From: an uncultured bacterium
GTDB lineage: Bacteria > Krumholzibacteriota > Krumholzibacteriia > Krumholzibacteriales > Krumholzibacteriaceae
Reading direction: 5' to 3'
NCBI GenBank assembly: GCA_963813815.1
Contig: CAWFAD010000010.1
Coordinates: forward strand, 1 to 64,000
Length of the DNA: 64,000 bases
Positions 43,285-52,974 of the stretch are shown here, in pieces. The notes beneath the pieces are model-generated. The model searched no databases and was not told the DNA's origin. It was given only the letters and a program-made list of their open reading frames with translations. The position numbers were made by a program, and so were the translations under genes. Position 1 is the first letter of the stretch, and every line of letters starts with the position of its first letter.

Positions 43285-43470
43285 GGTGTCGATCCTCGAT
43301 GCAGCGCGGAGAAGCCTTTGCCGATACGAGCAAGGGGCATGCCACGGCCCGGCCCCCGCCCGGCGGCTCCGCGAACAAGATGCTGCACGGCAAGGGGTTC
43401 TGTGATATAATCCCCGTCGAATCGTTCGAAATCGATACACGGGCCCTCGAGATATACCGGGGTGCTGCTC

Positions 43471-44274
43471 ATGCGGATCGGCTTCCTGCAATTACATCCG
43501 CGATTCGGCGCGATCAAGGAAAACGTGCGCAGAGCCGTCGCGCTTCTCGACAAGCTGTCGGATGCGGTTATCGTGCTCCCCGAGCTTTTCAATACGGGGT
43601 ATCTGTTCCGGAACGCGGAGGAGCTCGCCGAGCTCGCCGAAAAAGTACCCGGCGGATACACGACGGCGGAGATGCAGAAGCTCGCGAAGCGGCGGAAGCT
43701 GACGCTCGTCTTCGGCCTGGCGCAGAAGCACCGCGGGGCGTTCTACAACTCCGCCGTCTGCATTTCTCCGTCCGGGAAAGTCGAGGTCTATCAGAAGGTG
43801 CATCTCTTCGACCGAGAGAAGCTCTTCTTCGCACGCGGGAAATCGCTCAAGGTCGTATCGGCGGGCGGAGCGAAGCTCGGCATGATGATATGTTTCGACT
43901 GGATGTTTCCGGAGACGGCGCGCTCGCTCGCGCTGCAGGGGGCGCAGCTGCTCTGCCATCCCGCGAACCTCGTGCTTCCGTGGGGACAGCAGGCGATGCG
44001 CACGCGATGTCTCGAGAATCGCGTATTCTCGATCACGGCCAACCGGCTCGGGAGCGAGCGGCGCGGCACGGCGTTTCTCTCCTTCACCGGCGGCAGCCAG
44101 ATCGTGAGCCCCGCCGGCGAAGTGCTCGCGTCCGCGAGCGAACGGAGCGAATCGCTCCGCGTCATCGACGTTGATATCAACGAGGCGAACGACAAGCACA
44201 TCACCCCGGCGAACGACCTGTTCGCCGACCGTCTGCCTTCCGCCTACGGAGCGCTCATCCGCAGGCGCCGGTAA
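43471..44274 (+). CDS. Carbon-nitrogen hydrolase (nitrilase superfamily)
   Basis: LPELFNTGY, YQKVHLF and MICFDW supply the E-K-C triad. Confidence 0.92.
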   Translation: MRIGFLQLHPRFGAIKENVRRAVALLDKLSDAVIVLPELFNTGYLFRNAEELAELAEKVPGGYTTAEMQKLAKRRKLTLVFGLAQKHRGAFYNSAVCISPSGKVEVYQKVHLFDREKLFFARGKSLKVVSAGGAKLGMMICFDWMFPETARSLALQGAQLLCHPANLVLPWGQQAMRTRCLENRVFSITANRLGSERRGTAFLSFTGGSQIVSPAGEVLASASERSESLRVIDVDINEANDKHITPANDLFADRLPSAYGALIRRRR

Positions 44275-44448
44275 CGAAATCGTTTCGAAAAGCATTCTCA
44301 TCGGCGCCGTTTCACTCGCCTCGGGCGGCGCGTCCTCGCGTGCAAAACGCAAAGGCCGGTGCGCGCAATGCTTCGCCCGCGCCGCGCTTTTTCCTCCTAA
44401 TTACCTATAACGCCTTGCAATTGCTCGTGTTTGAAGCTTTATCCCCCC

Positions 44449-44464
44449 TGGCATAATCCTTGCG
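44449..44464 (+). promoter_or_regulatory. Sigma-54 (-24/-12) promoter
   Basis: TGGCAT-AATCC-TTGCG; GG 44450-44451 and GC 44462-44463 separated by exactly 10 nt. Confidence 0.7.
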
Positions 44465-44556
44465 AAATTACGCTCCGACATTGAATTGCCTGAGCCGGGA
44501 TACGGCCGGATTCACATACCGGACTGCCTGTGCCGCATACGAGAAGGAGAACAACC

Positions 44557-46464
44557 GTGAAGAAGCGTAGGGCCAAAAAGCGCTTTTCGAGGAATTCGAA
44601 ACCCGTTCTCACGTCTCCGTGGAAGATCGGAATCCTCGTGTCGCTCCTTCTCGTTTTCGTCGGTCTCGGGGTCGGCGGCTATTTCGTGAGCGTCTATCGC
44701 GTGCGTTTCGCGTGGATTTCGCTCGGACCGAACGGAGTGAGCTTCGATTCGCTACGATTCTTCCGCGAGATGTACCCGCTCGTCGCGGTCCTCTCGGTCA
44801 TTTCCCTCATCGCCTACTTCGCGATCGTTTCGTCCGTCCGGCGCTACCGGTTCTACCTCGACTCGGGGCAGGACTACCGCAAGATGATTTCTCTCGCCGA
44901 GAGCATCGACGATCTGACGAATCCGGCTCAGATCGCGCGCCTCTCGTCGTTCCCGGAGCTCCAGGGCGTGCTCCGCGCGTACGGCGATCAGGTGCGCGAC
45001 ATCGCGCAGGATCTCGGGCAACAGCAGGACCCGATGAACGTCGAGGAGTTCGAAGCGGACGTCGAAGCGATGCTCGGCGAAAACGACGTGAAGCAGGGCG
45101 CGCTCGGCACCAAACCGTACGCGGGAGGCCTGCGCCGGATCGTGCAGCGGCTCGCCGCGGACCGGGCGAAGGCGGAGGATCTGTCGAAACAGGAAGAGTC
45201 CGTCCGGCGATCGATCGGACTCGCCGCGCTCGCCTGCGGGCGGGTAATGGAAGCGGCGGGAGGCGCCGGGGAAGAGCTCACGGAGATAGACAAGTCGATC
45301 GGCGATATCCATCGCGCCGCGGGCGAGCTCGTCGCGGGAGCCCAGTCGGCCGGTTCCGCGCAGTCCGCGAACCCGGACGCATGGAAGACCGCCGGAGCCG
45401 GCGTCGAAAGCGCGGCGAGAAAGCTCGAGGACGGAAAGACGCTGCTGCAGGAGCTCGCCGACGAGAACAACAGCGTCGCGATCGCGCTCGCGCTTCTGGC
45501 GGCCCGGGACAAGGCCGGCGGCCACGAGCTCGCGGCGTTCGCCGAACGCGTCCGCATTACCTCCGAACGGTTCCACAAGCTGAGCAAAACGATCGAGCCC
45601 GTGGCGAAGGGGCTTCTCGACTCATGCTACGCGCTCAAGGGCGTGCCTCCCCCGGCCGCCGGAGTGAAATCTCCGGCCGAAGCCGGCGATGGGGCGTTCC
45701 GCGCGATCGACGAGATCGCCGGCGAGATAGAGCGGCGCAGCGCGAATCTGCAGAACAGGATCTGCGGCATCGGCAACGAGCTCTGCGACCTGCGGGAGCT
45801 CCTGCGGGGCGAGAGGGCGAATCAGGCTCCCGGCGAAGGCCTCGACTCGTTCGAACCCTCAGAGCGGGCTCCGGCCGCCGAAGCCGCAGAGCCGGACGAG
45901 CGCGACGGCGGGGAGGAAACGTTCGTCGTCGATCACGGCAGCGCCTGGGCCGGCATGACGGAATCCGCGGGCGGAGCGGAGGAGCGATTCGACGAGCCGG
46001 CGCCGGAGGCCGACGAGGCCTCGGCGGCGGATCGTCGCGAGACCCCCGCGGCGCAGGCCGCGCCGCAGGCGATGGGAGAATTTTCCGATATGTCGAGCCT
46101 CCGCGATCTGGACCGCTCGGTCTCCGCGGAGAGCGGCGAGAGCGTCCCCGAGGACGCCGCGAGCGCCGTCGAAGAGAGCGAGAGCGCGCCCGAGGAGAGC
46201 GGGAGCGCGCCGGAAACGCCGCGGGCGGCGGACGGCGCATGGATGGAGATGCCCGGTCATCGCTGGCTCAAGATAGATATCAATAAGAGCGAGGGCGAGG
46301 AAGAGCGTCCGGTGGATGTAGCCGTGGAATCCCCCTCTCCGGAGACGGAAGCGCCGGTTTCGGCGGCTACGGAGGACGAAGAGGAGAGCGCCGCGGAACG
46401 GATATACGACCTCAGCGAGCTCGGTGCGGTCGAATGCGTCGAGGAAGCCGAAGTACAGAGGTAA
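44557..46464 (+). CDS. Degenerate MCP-like two-TM coiled-coil protein with acidic tail
   Basis: Two TM; ELADENNSVAIALALLAARDKAGGHELAAFAERVR resembles an MCP hairpin tip; AGGAG RBS before GTG. Confidence 0.6.
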   Translation: MKKRRAKKRFSRNSKPVLTSPWKIGILVSLLLVFVGLGVGGYFVSVYRVRFAWISLGPNGVSFDSLRFFREMYPLVAVLSVISLIAYFAIVSSVRRYRFYLDSGQDYRKMISLAESIDDLTNPAQIARLSSFPELQGVLRAYGDQVRDIAQDLGQQQDPMNVEEFEADVEAMLGENDVKQGALGTKPYAGGLRRIVQRLAADRAKAEDLSKQEESVRRSIGLAALACGRVMEAAGGAGEELTEIDKSIGDIHRAAGELVAGAQSAGSAQSANPDAWKTAGAGVESAARKLEDGKTLLQELADENNSVAIALALLAARDKAGGHELAAFAERVRITSERFHKLSKTIEPVAKGLLDSCYALKGVPPPAAGVKSPAEAGDGAFRAIDEIAGEIERRSANLQNRICGIGNELCDLRELLRGERANQAPGEGLDSFEPSERAPAAEAAEPDERDGGEETFVVDHGSAWAGMTESAGGAEERFDEPAPEADEASAADRRETPAAQAAPQAMGEFSDMSSLRDLDRSVSAESGESVPEDAASAVEESESAPEESGSAPETPRAADGAWMEMPGHRWLKIDINKSEGEEERPVDVAVESPSPETEAPVSAATEDEEESAAERIYDLSELGAVECVEEAEVQR

Positions 46465-46465
46465 G

Positions 46466-48118
46466 GTGAAGCTCGTGGCGAATCTGAAAAACGATACGAG
46501 ACGCCTCTTCGGCGAGCAGGTCAACGATCATATCGAGAAGCTCAATGATCTGATGAACCTCTCTTCCGGCGCGGCGTTCGACGAGCAGGTCATTCGCAGG
46601 GCGTGCCTCGCCACGAAGCTGCTCGAGGGGAGCACGCGCATGCTCTCGTTCGAGGCGTGGAGCCGCACGCTCAAAGCGCTTCGAGAGCTCATGGAGCGGG
46701 CTTCGGGCTCGGGACGCCGCTGGGACGAGCAGCTCTCGACGATCGTCTCGGAAGTGCTCGAGACCGAGGAGCAGCTCGCCGCGGAGATTCTGGCCGGGGA
46801 GATCGAGGAGGTCGGCCGGGCCGAGCGCTTCACGGGGCTCGAGCAGGAGATCGAGGTCCTCGCCGGCGAGAGCGCCGAGGCGAGCGCCGAAACGGGCGCC
46901 GGCGCCCGCGCCGAAGCGAGCGTCCCGGAGCCGCGGCCGGCGGCGGCCGAGCCCCGCTCCGCCGAGCCCGATACGGGCGGTTCGGGCGATCTCTCCGAGC
47001 ACGTTTCGACGTTCACGCGGCTCATCGAATCCCTCGGACGGGTTCGCGACATGTATCAGGAAATGGTCGACAAACCGGGCAGCGAACGGCTCGTGAAGGA
47101 TATCGAAACCGCCTACGGCGAGAGCGAGTTCTTCATGCGTCTCGCGACGGAGAGCCTGCGGCGGCTCGGACGGGGGCAGCGGGCCTTCAGCGCGAAGATC
47201 GCGTCGAAGGTCGTGCTCGCCGGACTCAAGGATTTTTTCGGCAACCAGGCGAAGCTCCGCCGGTGGAACGCGCGCCTCGCGGTGCGGTGCGGCGATTTCA
47301 CGCTCGACGGAGACATGGCGTCGCAGCTCGCGGCGGTTCTCACGAGCTGCATCTTCGACATCTGCAAGCGGTACGAGATGCGGGACGAGATCTCGCTCGC
47401 GATCGGCGTGGACGTCCGGAGCGAGGGATCGTTCCTCGTCGCCCGCATTCAGGATAACGGCCCCGATTTTCTGTCCGATTCCGAGATCGACCGGGACGAC
47501 GCGGGGGCCTTCTATCAATGCCTGCGCGAGGTTCGTCCGCGGCTCGAGGGCGTCGGCTCGATCCTCTGGCTCGAACCGGGGGGCGGGAACGAGGGGCGGT
47601 TCATGTTCACGTTCCCGCGGTCGCGCGCCAAGACCGACTATGTCGTGGTGTCCTCCTCCGGAAAGCGGTTCGCCGTTCCGCGCCACGCCGTCGATTCGGC
47701 GTTCGAGATGGGATCGATCGAAATCATGCGCGGCGAGGGGTTCCGGTCGGTGATGATTTCCGGCTCGCGCGTGCCGGTGTTCGCGATCGACGAGCTCGTC
47801 GTCGAGGAGCTCGAATCGCACGGCGCCCCCGACCGGATTCTCGTCATCGGCGCGGCCGAGCGGCGGGTGGGACTGTTCATCGAGGGAGCGGGACGCACCG
47901 CGGAAGCGGTCGCGGAGCAGATCACGGAAGGCTCTTGGGGGGCCCTCACGGAAGGGGTTCTCAACATCGGCGAAGAGGAGTTTCCGATTATAGACGCGCA
48001 GAGCGTCATGCGTACGGCGAACGCGCTTCTGGGGACGGATGGCGGTCCGCAGGAACCCGGTTCGTACGCCGATACGGACAAGCGTAGCGAACAGCGAGCA
48101 ACGGTTCCGCGTGCATAA
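46466..48118 (+). CDS. CheA-like protein (Hpt-like, HATPase remnant, CheW-like) lacking catalytic residues
   Basis: RACLATKLLEGSTRMLSF (Hpt helix without His), ARIQDNG, GRFMFTFP, RFAVP, RVGLFIE. Confidence 0.65.
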   Translation: MKLVANLKNDTRRLFGEQVNDHIEKLNDLMNLSSGAAFDEQVIRRACLATKLLEGSTRMLSFEAWSRTLKALRELMERASGSGRRWDEQLSTIVSEVLETEEQLAAEILAGEIEEVGRAERFTGLEQEIEVLAGESAEASAETGAGARAEASVPEPRPAAAEPRSAEPDTGGSGDLSEHVSTFTRLIESLGRVRDMYQEMVDKPGSERLVKDIETAYGESEFFMRLATESLRRLGRGQRAFSAKIASKVVLAGLKDFFGNQAKLRRWNARLAVRCGDFTLDGDMASQLAAVLTSCIFDICKRYEMRDEISLAIGVDVRSEGSFLVARIQDNGPDFLSDSEIDRDDAGAFYQCLREVRPRLEGVGSILWLEPGGGNEGRFMFTFPRSRAKTDYVVVSSSGKRFAVPRHAVDSAFEMGSIEIMRGEGFRSVMISGSRVPVFAIDELVVEELESHGAPDRILVIGAAERRVGLFIEGAGRTAEAVAEQITEGSWGALTEGVLNIGEEEFPIIDAQSVMRTANALLGTDGGPQEPGSYADTDKRSEQRATVPRA

Positions 48119-48179
48119 CGGAGCCGGACCGGTCTCACGAGCAGGGATGGGGCCGGGCCACCAACACAGAGAGGTGGAA

Positions 48180-48422
48180 ATGTCCAAGCAGCATCAGCAT
48201 GATTACGGCAGCATCATCATCGGTGGCCACGACGATGCGTCCGAGGTGATGACCTCGGTCGAAGCGGCCGAGTACCTCAAAATGCACGTCAAGACGGTCT
48301 GCCGACTCGCCAAGGAAAAGAAAATACCCGCCAAGAAGGTCGGGAGCGAATGGCGGTTCGTGCGGAGCGTGCTCGATCGCTGGCTGGCGGAGGAGGAATC
48401 GGTCGTCAAGGCGCTCGACTAG
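48180..48422 (+). CDS. Excisionase-like HTH DNA-binding protein
   Basis: VMTSVEAAEYLKMHVKTVCRLAKEKKIPAKKVGSEWRF. Confidence 0.85.
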   Translation: MSKQHQHDYGSIIIGGHDDASEVMTSVEAAEYLKMHVKTVCRLAKEKKIPAKKVGSEWRFVRSVLDRWLAEEESVVKALD

Positions 48423-48448
48423 CCGAGCGGCCTCCGGAGCACACGTCG

Positions 48449-50335
48449 ATGGTCAAGACGAAATTCGATAAAATCGATGTCGGCATTCCCGATGTCGCCG
48501 CATTTCGGATCGAGGGGAAGCTCGGATTTCACGAGAACGCGAAAATCCAGCGCCTCGTCGGCGAATGCGTCAAACGCGAGTACCGCGCGGTGATCATCGA
48601 TTTCTCGGAGCTCGCCTCCCTCGGGGGCGGTGTGGCGAAGATCCTGCGCGATTTTGACGCGGCGATCGGCGAACGGGGAGGGCGGGTCAACTTTGTCGTC
48701 ACCAAGGAAATCGTAGCGCAGTTCCTGCAGGATGGAGCGAAGCCGGTCCTCATCTATCGCTCGTTCGCCGAGGCGCTCGCGGCGGCCAAACAGGAAGCGC
48801 CTCGCGGCGCAGCGCCTGAGGCGGCGGAAGCCCCCGCCGCGGAGGTGCCGCAGACCTCCCGCGGGAAGAAGGCCGGCGCCCGGGCCGAAGCGGACGTCAT
48901 TTGCATGCCGTACGAGGGGCCGGAGACCGGTCCCGCGGGGCGCGAGCAGGAGGCCGCTTCGCCCGACGCGGCGGATGAGGGCGTTTCAGGGGAAGATCCG
49001 GCGGTCGCTGAGAGCGCCGGCGAGCCGATGGCCTCCCCCGAGAGCCTCGAGGAGCCGGCGGCCGGCGGGGAATCCGCGGCGCGGAACGGCGAAAACGGGT
49101 CCGAAGCGGAGGGCATCATCGGCGAGATTTTCGGAAGCGCCGCCGAAACGGTCGAGGTCGAGCCGCCGAAGCGCGCCGCGAAAGAGGAGCCGGCGCCGCC
49201 CACGCGCGCGAGCGTCAATGTCGCCGTGGACGATCTCAACCGCCAGCTCAAGCGCCGCATCCTCGAGCTCAGGACGCTCTTTTCGATCAGCTCCGATTTC
49301 AACGCCATCCGGGATCGCAAGAAGCTGATCGACATCTTTCTTCTCACCTCGATCGCGGAGGGTGGGGTCGAGTCCGCGGCGTTTTTGGAGCATCAGGGCA
49401 CGTGCTTCAAGCCGGTCATGTCGAAGGGTATCGACGCCGAGACGATGGCGCGGCTCGAGGTGCCCGTGGGCGCCTGCTCCGCGGGAGCCGGCGACAACGA
49501 CATTTTCCCCCTCGAGAGCTTCCCGCTCGAGCCGAGCTGGAAAAAGGCGATCGGCGCCGAGGGGATCGAGTACGCGTGCCCGTTCCGCACGAAGGACGGG
49601 CTCTCCGGCATCGTGCTGCTCGGCAAGCGGATCATGGGCCGCGGCATGAAGCAGGAGGATTTCGAGTTTCTGCGCATTCTCCTGAACATCGCGCAGGGCG
49701 CGTACGACAACGCACTCATGTTCGAGCGCGAGCACGAGCGCACGCTCGGCATCGTCAAAACGCTCATGTCCATCATCGAGGACAACACGCTGCTCAAGGG
49801 AACCTCGGAGTTCGTGTCGCGCTACGTCGGCATGACGGCGAAGGGTATGGATTATCCCGAGGAGCATTTCAAGGACCTGATCTACGGGACCGTGCTCCGC
49901 GACATGGGCATGGTCAAGGTGAGCGACCTCATCCTCCGCAGCCCCCGCGATCTCAGCAAGGAGGAATGGGAGATCATCAAGCGGCACCCGGAAGACGGCG
50001 GCGAAATGCTCGATCGCATGAAGTTCGCCGATCACGTCGTCAATATCGTCCGCACGCATCACGAACGATTCAACGGCGAGGGGTATCCGTACGGCCTCAG
50101 GGGCAAGGAGATCCCCCTCGGTTCGCGCATCATCTCCGTCGTCGAGAGCTACGCGGCGATGATACACGAGCGTCCGACGCGTCCCGCCCTTTCTCAGCGC
50201 GAGGCGCTCGATACCTTGAAGGAAAACTACGGCCTCCGGTACGACCGGGAAGTCGTCGTGAAATTTTCGTCCATTATGGAAAAGGAAATCGCCCGATCGG
50301 TTCAGACGGGAACCGCTGTGCTGCAAGGAAGGTAA
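48449..50335 (+). CDS. STAS-like + GAF + degenerate HD-GYP protein
   Basis: N-terminal IEGKL/IIDFSEL; HHERFNGEGYP present, but RDMG replaces HDIG and VESYAAM replaces ADxFDAM. Confidence 0.8.
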   Translation: MVKTKFDKIDVGIPDVAAFRIEGKLGFHENAKIQRLVGECVKREYRAVIIDFSELASLGGGVAKILRDFDAAIGERGGRVNFVVTKEIVAQFLQDGAKPVLIYRSFAEALAAAKQEAPRGAAPEAAEAPAAEVPQTSRGKKAGARAEADVICMPYEGPETGPAGREQEAASPDAADEGVSGEDPAVAESAGEPMASPESLEEPAAGGESAARNGENGSEAEGIIGEIFGSAAETVEVEPPKRAAKEEPAPPTRASVNVAVDDLNRQLKRRILELRTLFSISSDFNAIRDRKKLIDIFLLTSIAEGGVESAAFLEHQGTCFKPVMSKGIDAETMARLEVPVGACSAGAGDNDIFPLESFPLEPSWKKAIGAEGIEYACPFRTKDGLSGIVLLGKRIMGRGMKQEDFEFLRILLNIAQGAYDNALMFEREHERTLGIVKTLMSIIEDNTLLKGTSEFVSRYVGMTAKGMDYPEEHFKDLIYGTVLRDMGMVKVSDLILRSPRDLSKEEWEIIKRHPEDGGEMLDRMKFADHVVNIVRTHHERFNGEGYPYGLRGKEIPLGSRIISVVESYAAMIHERPTRPALSQREALDTLKENYGLRYDREVVVKFSSIMEKEIARSVQTGTAVLQGR

Positions 50336-50337
50336 CA

Positions 50338-51876
50338 TTGAGCTGCAACATACTGCTCGTCGACGACGATCCGAACGTGGTGGAAATCCTGTCCGAATCG
50401 CTCAGAAACAAGGGGTATTCGACGTTCTCGGCTTCCGACGGCGAGGAAGCGCTCCGCGTGTACGACGAGAGCCGTCCCGATCTGGTCGTGCTCGACGTCG
50501 TTCTGCCGAAAAGGGACGGCTTCGCCGTGTGCGACGAGATACGCGCGCGCGACATCCATCGCGACGTCCCCGTGATCATGATTTCGGCCAATGCGATCAA
50601 CGATTCGATGGTGCGCGGGCTTCGATCGGGAGCTCAGGATTACATCAAGAAACCGTTCTCCGTCAAGGAGATCGTGGCGAAGATCGACCACCAGCTCACG
50701 CAGGCGCAGCATCGGCGCGATCTGCGCGAGCAGAATCTGCAGCTCGAGGACGAGGTCGAGCGGGGTCAGGCCGATTACACGCGGATCAACCGCGAGCTCA
50801 AGAAGCGCGTGCTCGACATGCGGACGCTGTTCGGGCTCAGTCAGGATCTCAACCGGCTCCGCGACCCCGAGGAGCTCATCCGTGTCTTTTGCCTCACGCT
50901 CGTCGGACAGCTCGGCGTGAGCTCCACCGCGCTCTTCTACGCTTTCGACGACATCGACGACCATCTCTCGTACGCAGGCGGGAGCGGCATGTCCGACGGC
51001 GTGCTGCGCTCCGTGCGTCTCTCGCGCGAGATCGCCCTCTCGAAGCACCTGCTCGCCAAGCAGAACGTCGCCCGGCTCACGGAGGGCGACCTTCCGCCCG
51101 ACGCCCGGCGGGAGGCGGATTTTCTCACCCGTTTCGGATTCGAATACGCGTATCCCCTCATCGTGAAATCGCGTCTCATCGGCATCGTGCTCATCGGCCA
51201 GAAGGTCAACCGGCAGGAGTACAGCGCCGGCGAGATCGAGCTCTTCAAGTCGATCTGCACGTCGGCGGCCACCGGCCTCGAAAACGGCCGCCTCTACGCC
51301 GAGCTGCAATCGACCTATCTCTCGACGATCAAGGTGCTCGTCTCGACGATCGAGGCCAAGGACGCGTACACGCGCGGCCACACCGAGCGGGTGGCGGAAT
51401 ACGCGCGCATGATCGCCGAGGAGATGAGGCTTTCGAGACGCGAGGTCGAGACCGTGAGCTTCGGCGCGGCGCTCCACGACATCGGCAAGCTCGGCGTGTA
51501 CGAGAACATCCTCAACAAGCCCGGCGAGCTCACCGAGCAGGAATGGGAGATCGTGCGCAGCCATCCCGAGGTGGGCGCCAACATCATCCGCAACATGAAG
51601 TTCCTCGAATCCGCCTGCGATCTCGTCCGGCACCATCACGAGCGGCTCGACGGCAAGGGATATCCGGACGGCCTTCGCGGTCCGCAGATCTCCGTCGGGG
51701 CGCGCATCATCGCCGTCGCCGACAGCTTCGACGCCATGACGAGCGACCGGCCCTACCGGCGGGCGTTCTCGATCGAGGAAAGCCTCTCGCAGCTCAAGTC
51801 GCAGGAAGACAAATTCGATCAAGAGATCGTCGCCTACATGGAGACTCTCGTTCGAAGCGGCCGTCTACAGCGGTAA
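50338..51876 (+). CDS. REC + GAF + HD-GYP phosphodiesterase response regulator
   Basis: LLVDDD, VVLDVVLP, KKPF; TRGHTERV, LHDIGK, HHERLDGKGYP, ADSFDAM; TTG start. Confidence 0.9.
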   Translation: MSCNILLVDDDPNVVEILSESLRNKGYSTFSASDGEEALRVYDESRPDLVVLDVVLPKRDGFAVCDEIRARDIHRDVPVIMISANAINDSMVRGLRSGAQDYIKKPFSVKEIVAKIDHQLTQAQHRRDLREQNLQLEDEVERGQADYTRINRELKKRVLDMRTLFGLSQDLNRLRDPEELIRVFCLTLVGQLGVSSTALFYAFDDIDDHLSYAGGSGMSDGVLRSVRLSREIALSKHLLAKQNVARLTEGDLPPDARREADFLTRFGFEYAYPLIVKSRLIGIVLIGQKVNRQEYSAGEIELFKSICTSAATGLENGRLYAELQSTYLSTIKVLVSTIEAKDAYTRGHTERVAEYARMIAEEMRLSRREVETVSFGAALHDIGKLGVYENILNKPGELTEQEWEIVRSHPEVGANIIRNMKFLESACDLVRHHHERLDGKGYPDGLRGPQISVGARIIAVADSFDAMTSDRPYRRAFSIEESLSQLKSQEDKFDQEIVAYMETLVRSGRLQR

Positions 51877-52111
51877 CGCCGGTTCCGTCCGCTCCATCTC
51901 CCGCTTTTCGTGCTCCCGCGCGGATTCCCTCTACTGAAAGCTCGATTCACGGTGAACGCCGTTGACGGCTCCGTCGCGGCAGGTCTCGGGGGCCGGGAGC
52001 GCACGGCGGCGCAACCCCTTCTCGCAAAGGATGATACGCGATGTCTCAGCGCGGCGAGGGCGGCGGCATGCCGCTTGCCCAAAGGCGGGGCGGGCATTTT
52101 CGGAGGCATCG

Positions 52112-52165
52112 CGGGGCGCCGGGAGCCGGGGGGGTGGATGGGTGGCTGGGAGCTCCGGCGCCCCG
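52112..52165. terminator. GC-rich inverted repeat between convergent genes
   Basis: CGGGGCGCCGG(G)AGC ... GCTCCGGCGCCCCG; no clear U-tract. Confidence 0.35.
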
Positions 52166-52197
52166 GGCGCTCGACCCGGCGCCGGCCCGGGCGGGCC

Positions 52198-52974
52198 TCA
52201 GGCCGCGGGAGCGCCCTCTTCGGCCTTGATGCCGATCATGCCCGCGAGGTCGTTGCGGAGAGCGTTGATGTCGAGCTTGCGTTTGAGCTTGCCGCCCGAG
52301 GCGAGGGAGATCGTCCGCGTTTCTTCGCTCACGATGATGACGACGGCGTCCGTTTCCTCGGAGAGCCCGAGCCCGGCGCGGTGCCGCGTGCCGAGAGATT
52401 TCGTCAGGCGGGGATTCTGCGAGAGGGGCAGGATGCAGCCGGCCGCCACGATGCGGTTCTTCTCAATGACGACCGCGCCGTCGTGGAGCGGGCTCGAGGG
52501 CGTGAAGATCGTGACGAGGAGCTCGGCCGTGACGCGGGCGTCGATGGGCGTGCCCGTCTCGATGTAGTTGCGCAGCCCCACGTCCTGCTCGAGCGCGATG
52601 ATGGCCCCGATGCCGCCCTGCGTGAGCTGGTGGCAGGCCTTCACGATTTCGCTCACCGTGCTCGTTTCCTCGACCTTGATGAAATAGCCGAGGATCCTGT
52701 TCTGTCCGAGCAGCGACAGCGCCCGGCGCAGCTCGGGCTGAAAGAGGATCACGAACGCCACGACCCAGACCGTCTTGAGGCTCGAGAGGATCCAGTTGAT
52801 CGCGTTCATGTCGAGCCAGCGCGCTATGAACGAGAGCGTGAAGAGCAGGAAGAGGCCGACGAACATCTGCGCCGATCGTGTTCCGCGGATGAGGAGAAAA
52901 AGACGGTAGAAGAGAAACGCGACGATGATAATGTCGAGGATATCGATGGTGAGGTTCAGCTGAAAGGAGCTCAT
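52198..52974 (-). CDS. dacA: Diadenylate cyclase
   Basis: 3 N-terminal TM, ILFQPELRRAL, LHDGAV, GTRHRAG. Confidence 0.95.
   Translation of the reverse strand: MSSFQLNLTIDILDIIIVAFLFYRLFLLIRGTRSAQMFVGLFLLFTLSFIARWLDMNAINWILSSLKTVWVVAFVILFQPELRRALSLLGQNRILGYFIKVEETSTVSEIVKACHQLTQGGIGAIIALEQDVGLRNYIETGTPIDARVTAELLVTIFTPSSPLHDGAVVIEKNRIVAAGCILPLSQNPRLTKSLGTRHRAGLGLSEETDAVVIIVSEETRTISLASGGKLKRKLDINALRNDLAGMIGIKAEEGAPAA

Noticed and set aside
44335..44375. ACGCAAAG as part of a c-di-GMP-I riboswitch
   Set aside because: The GGCAAAC and GNRA-capped P2 stem are absent
48180..48422. Excisionase-like gene as evidence of a prophage or ICE
   Set aside because: No integrase, att repeats or phage genes; it is embedded in a signalling operon with host-like composition
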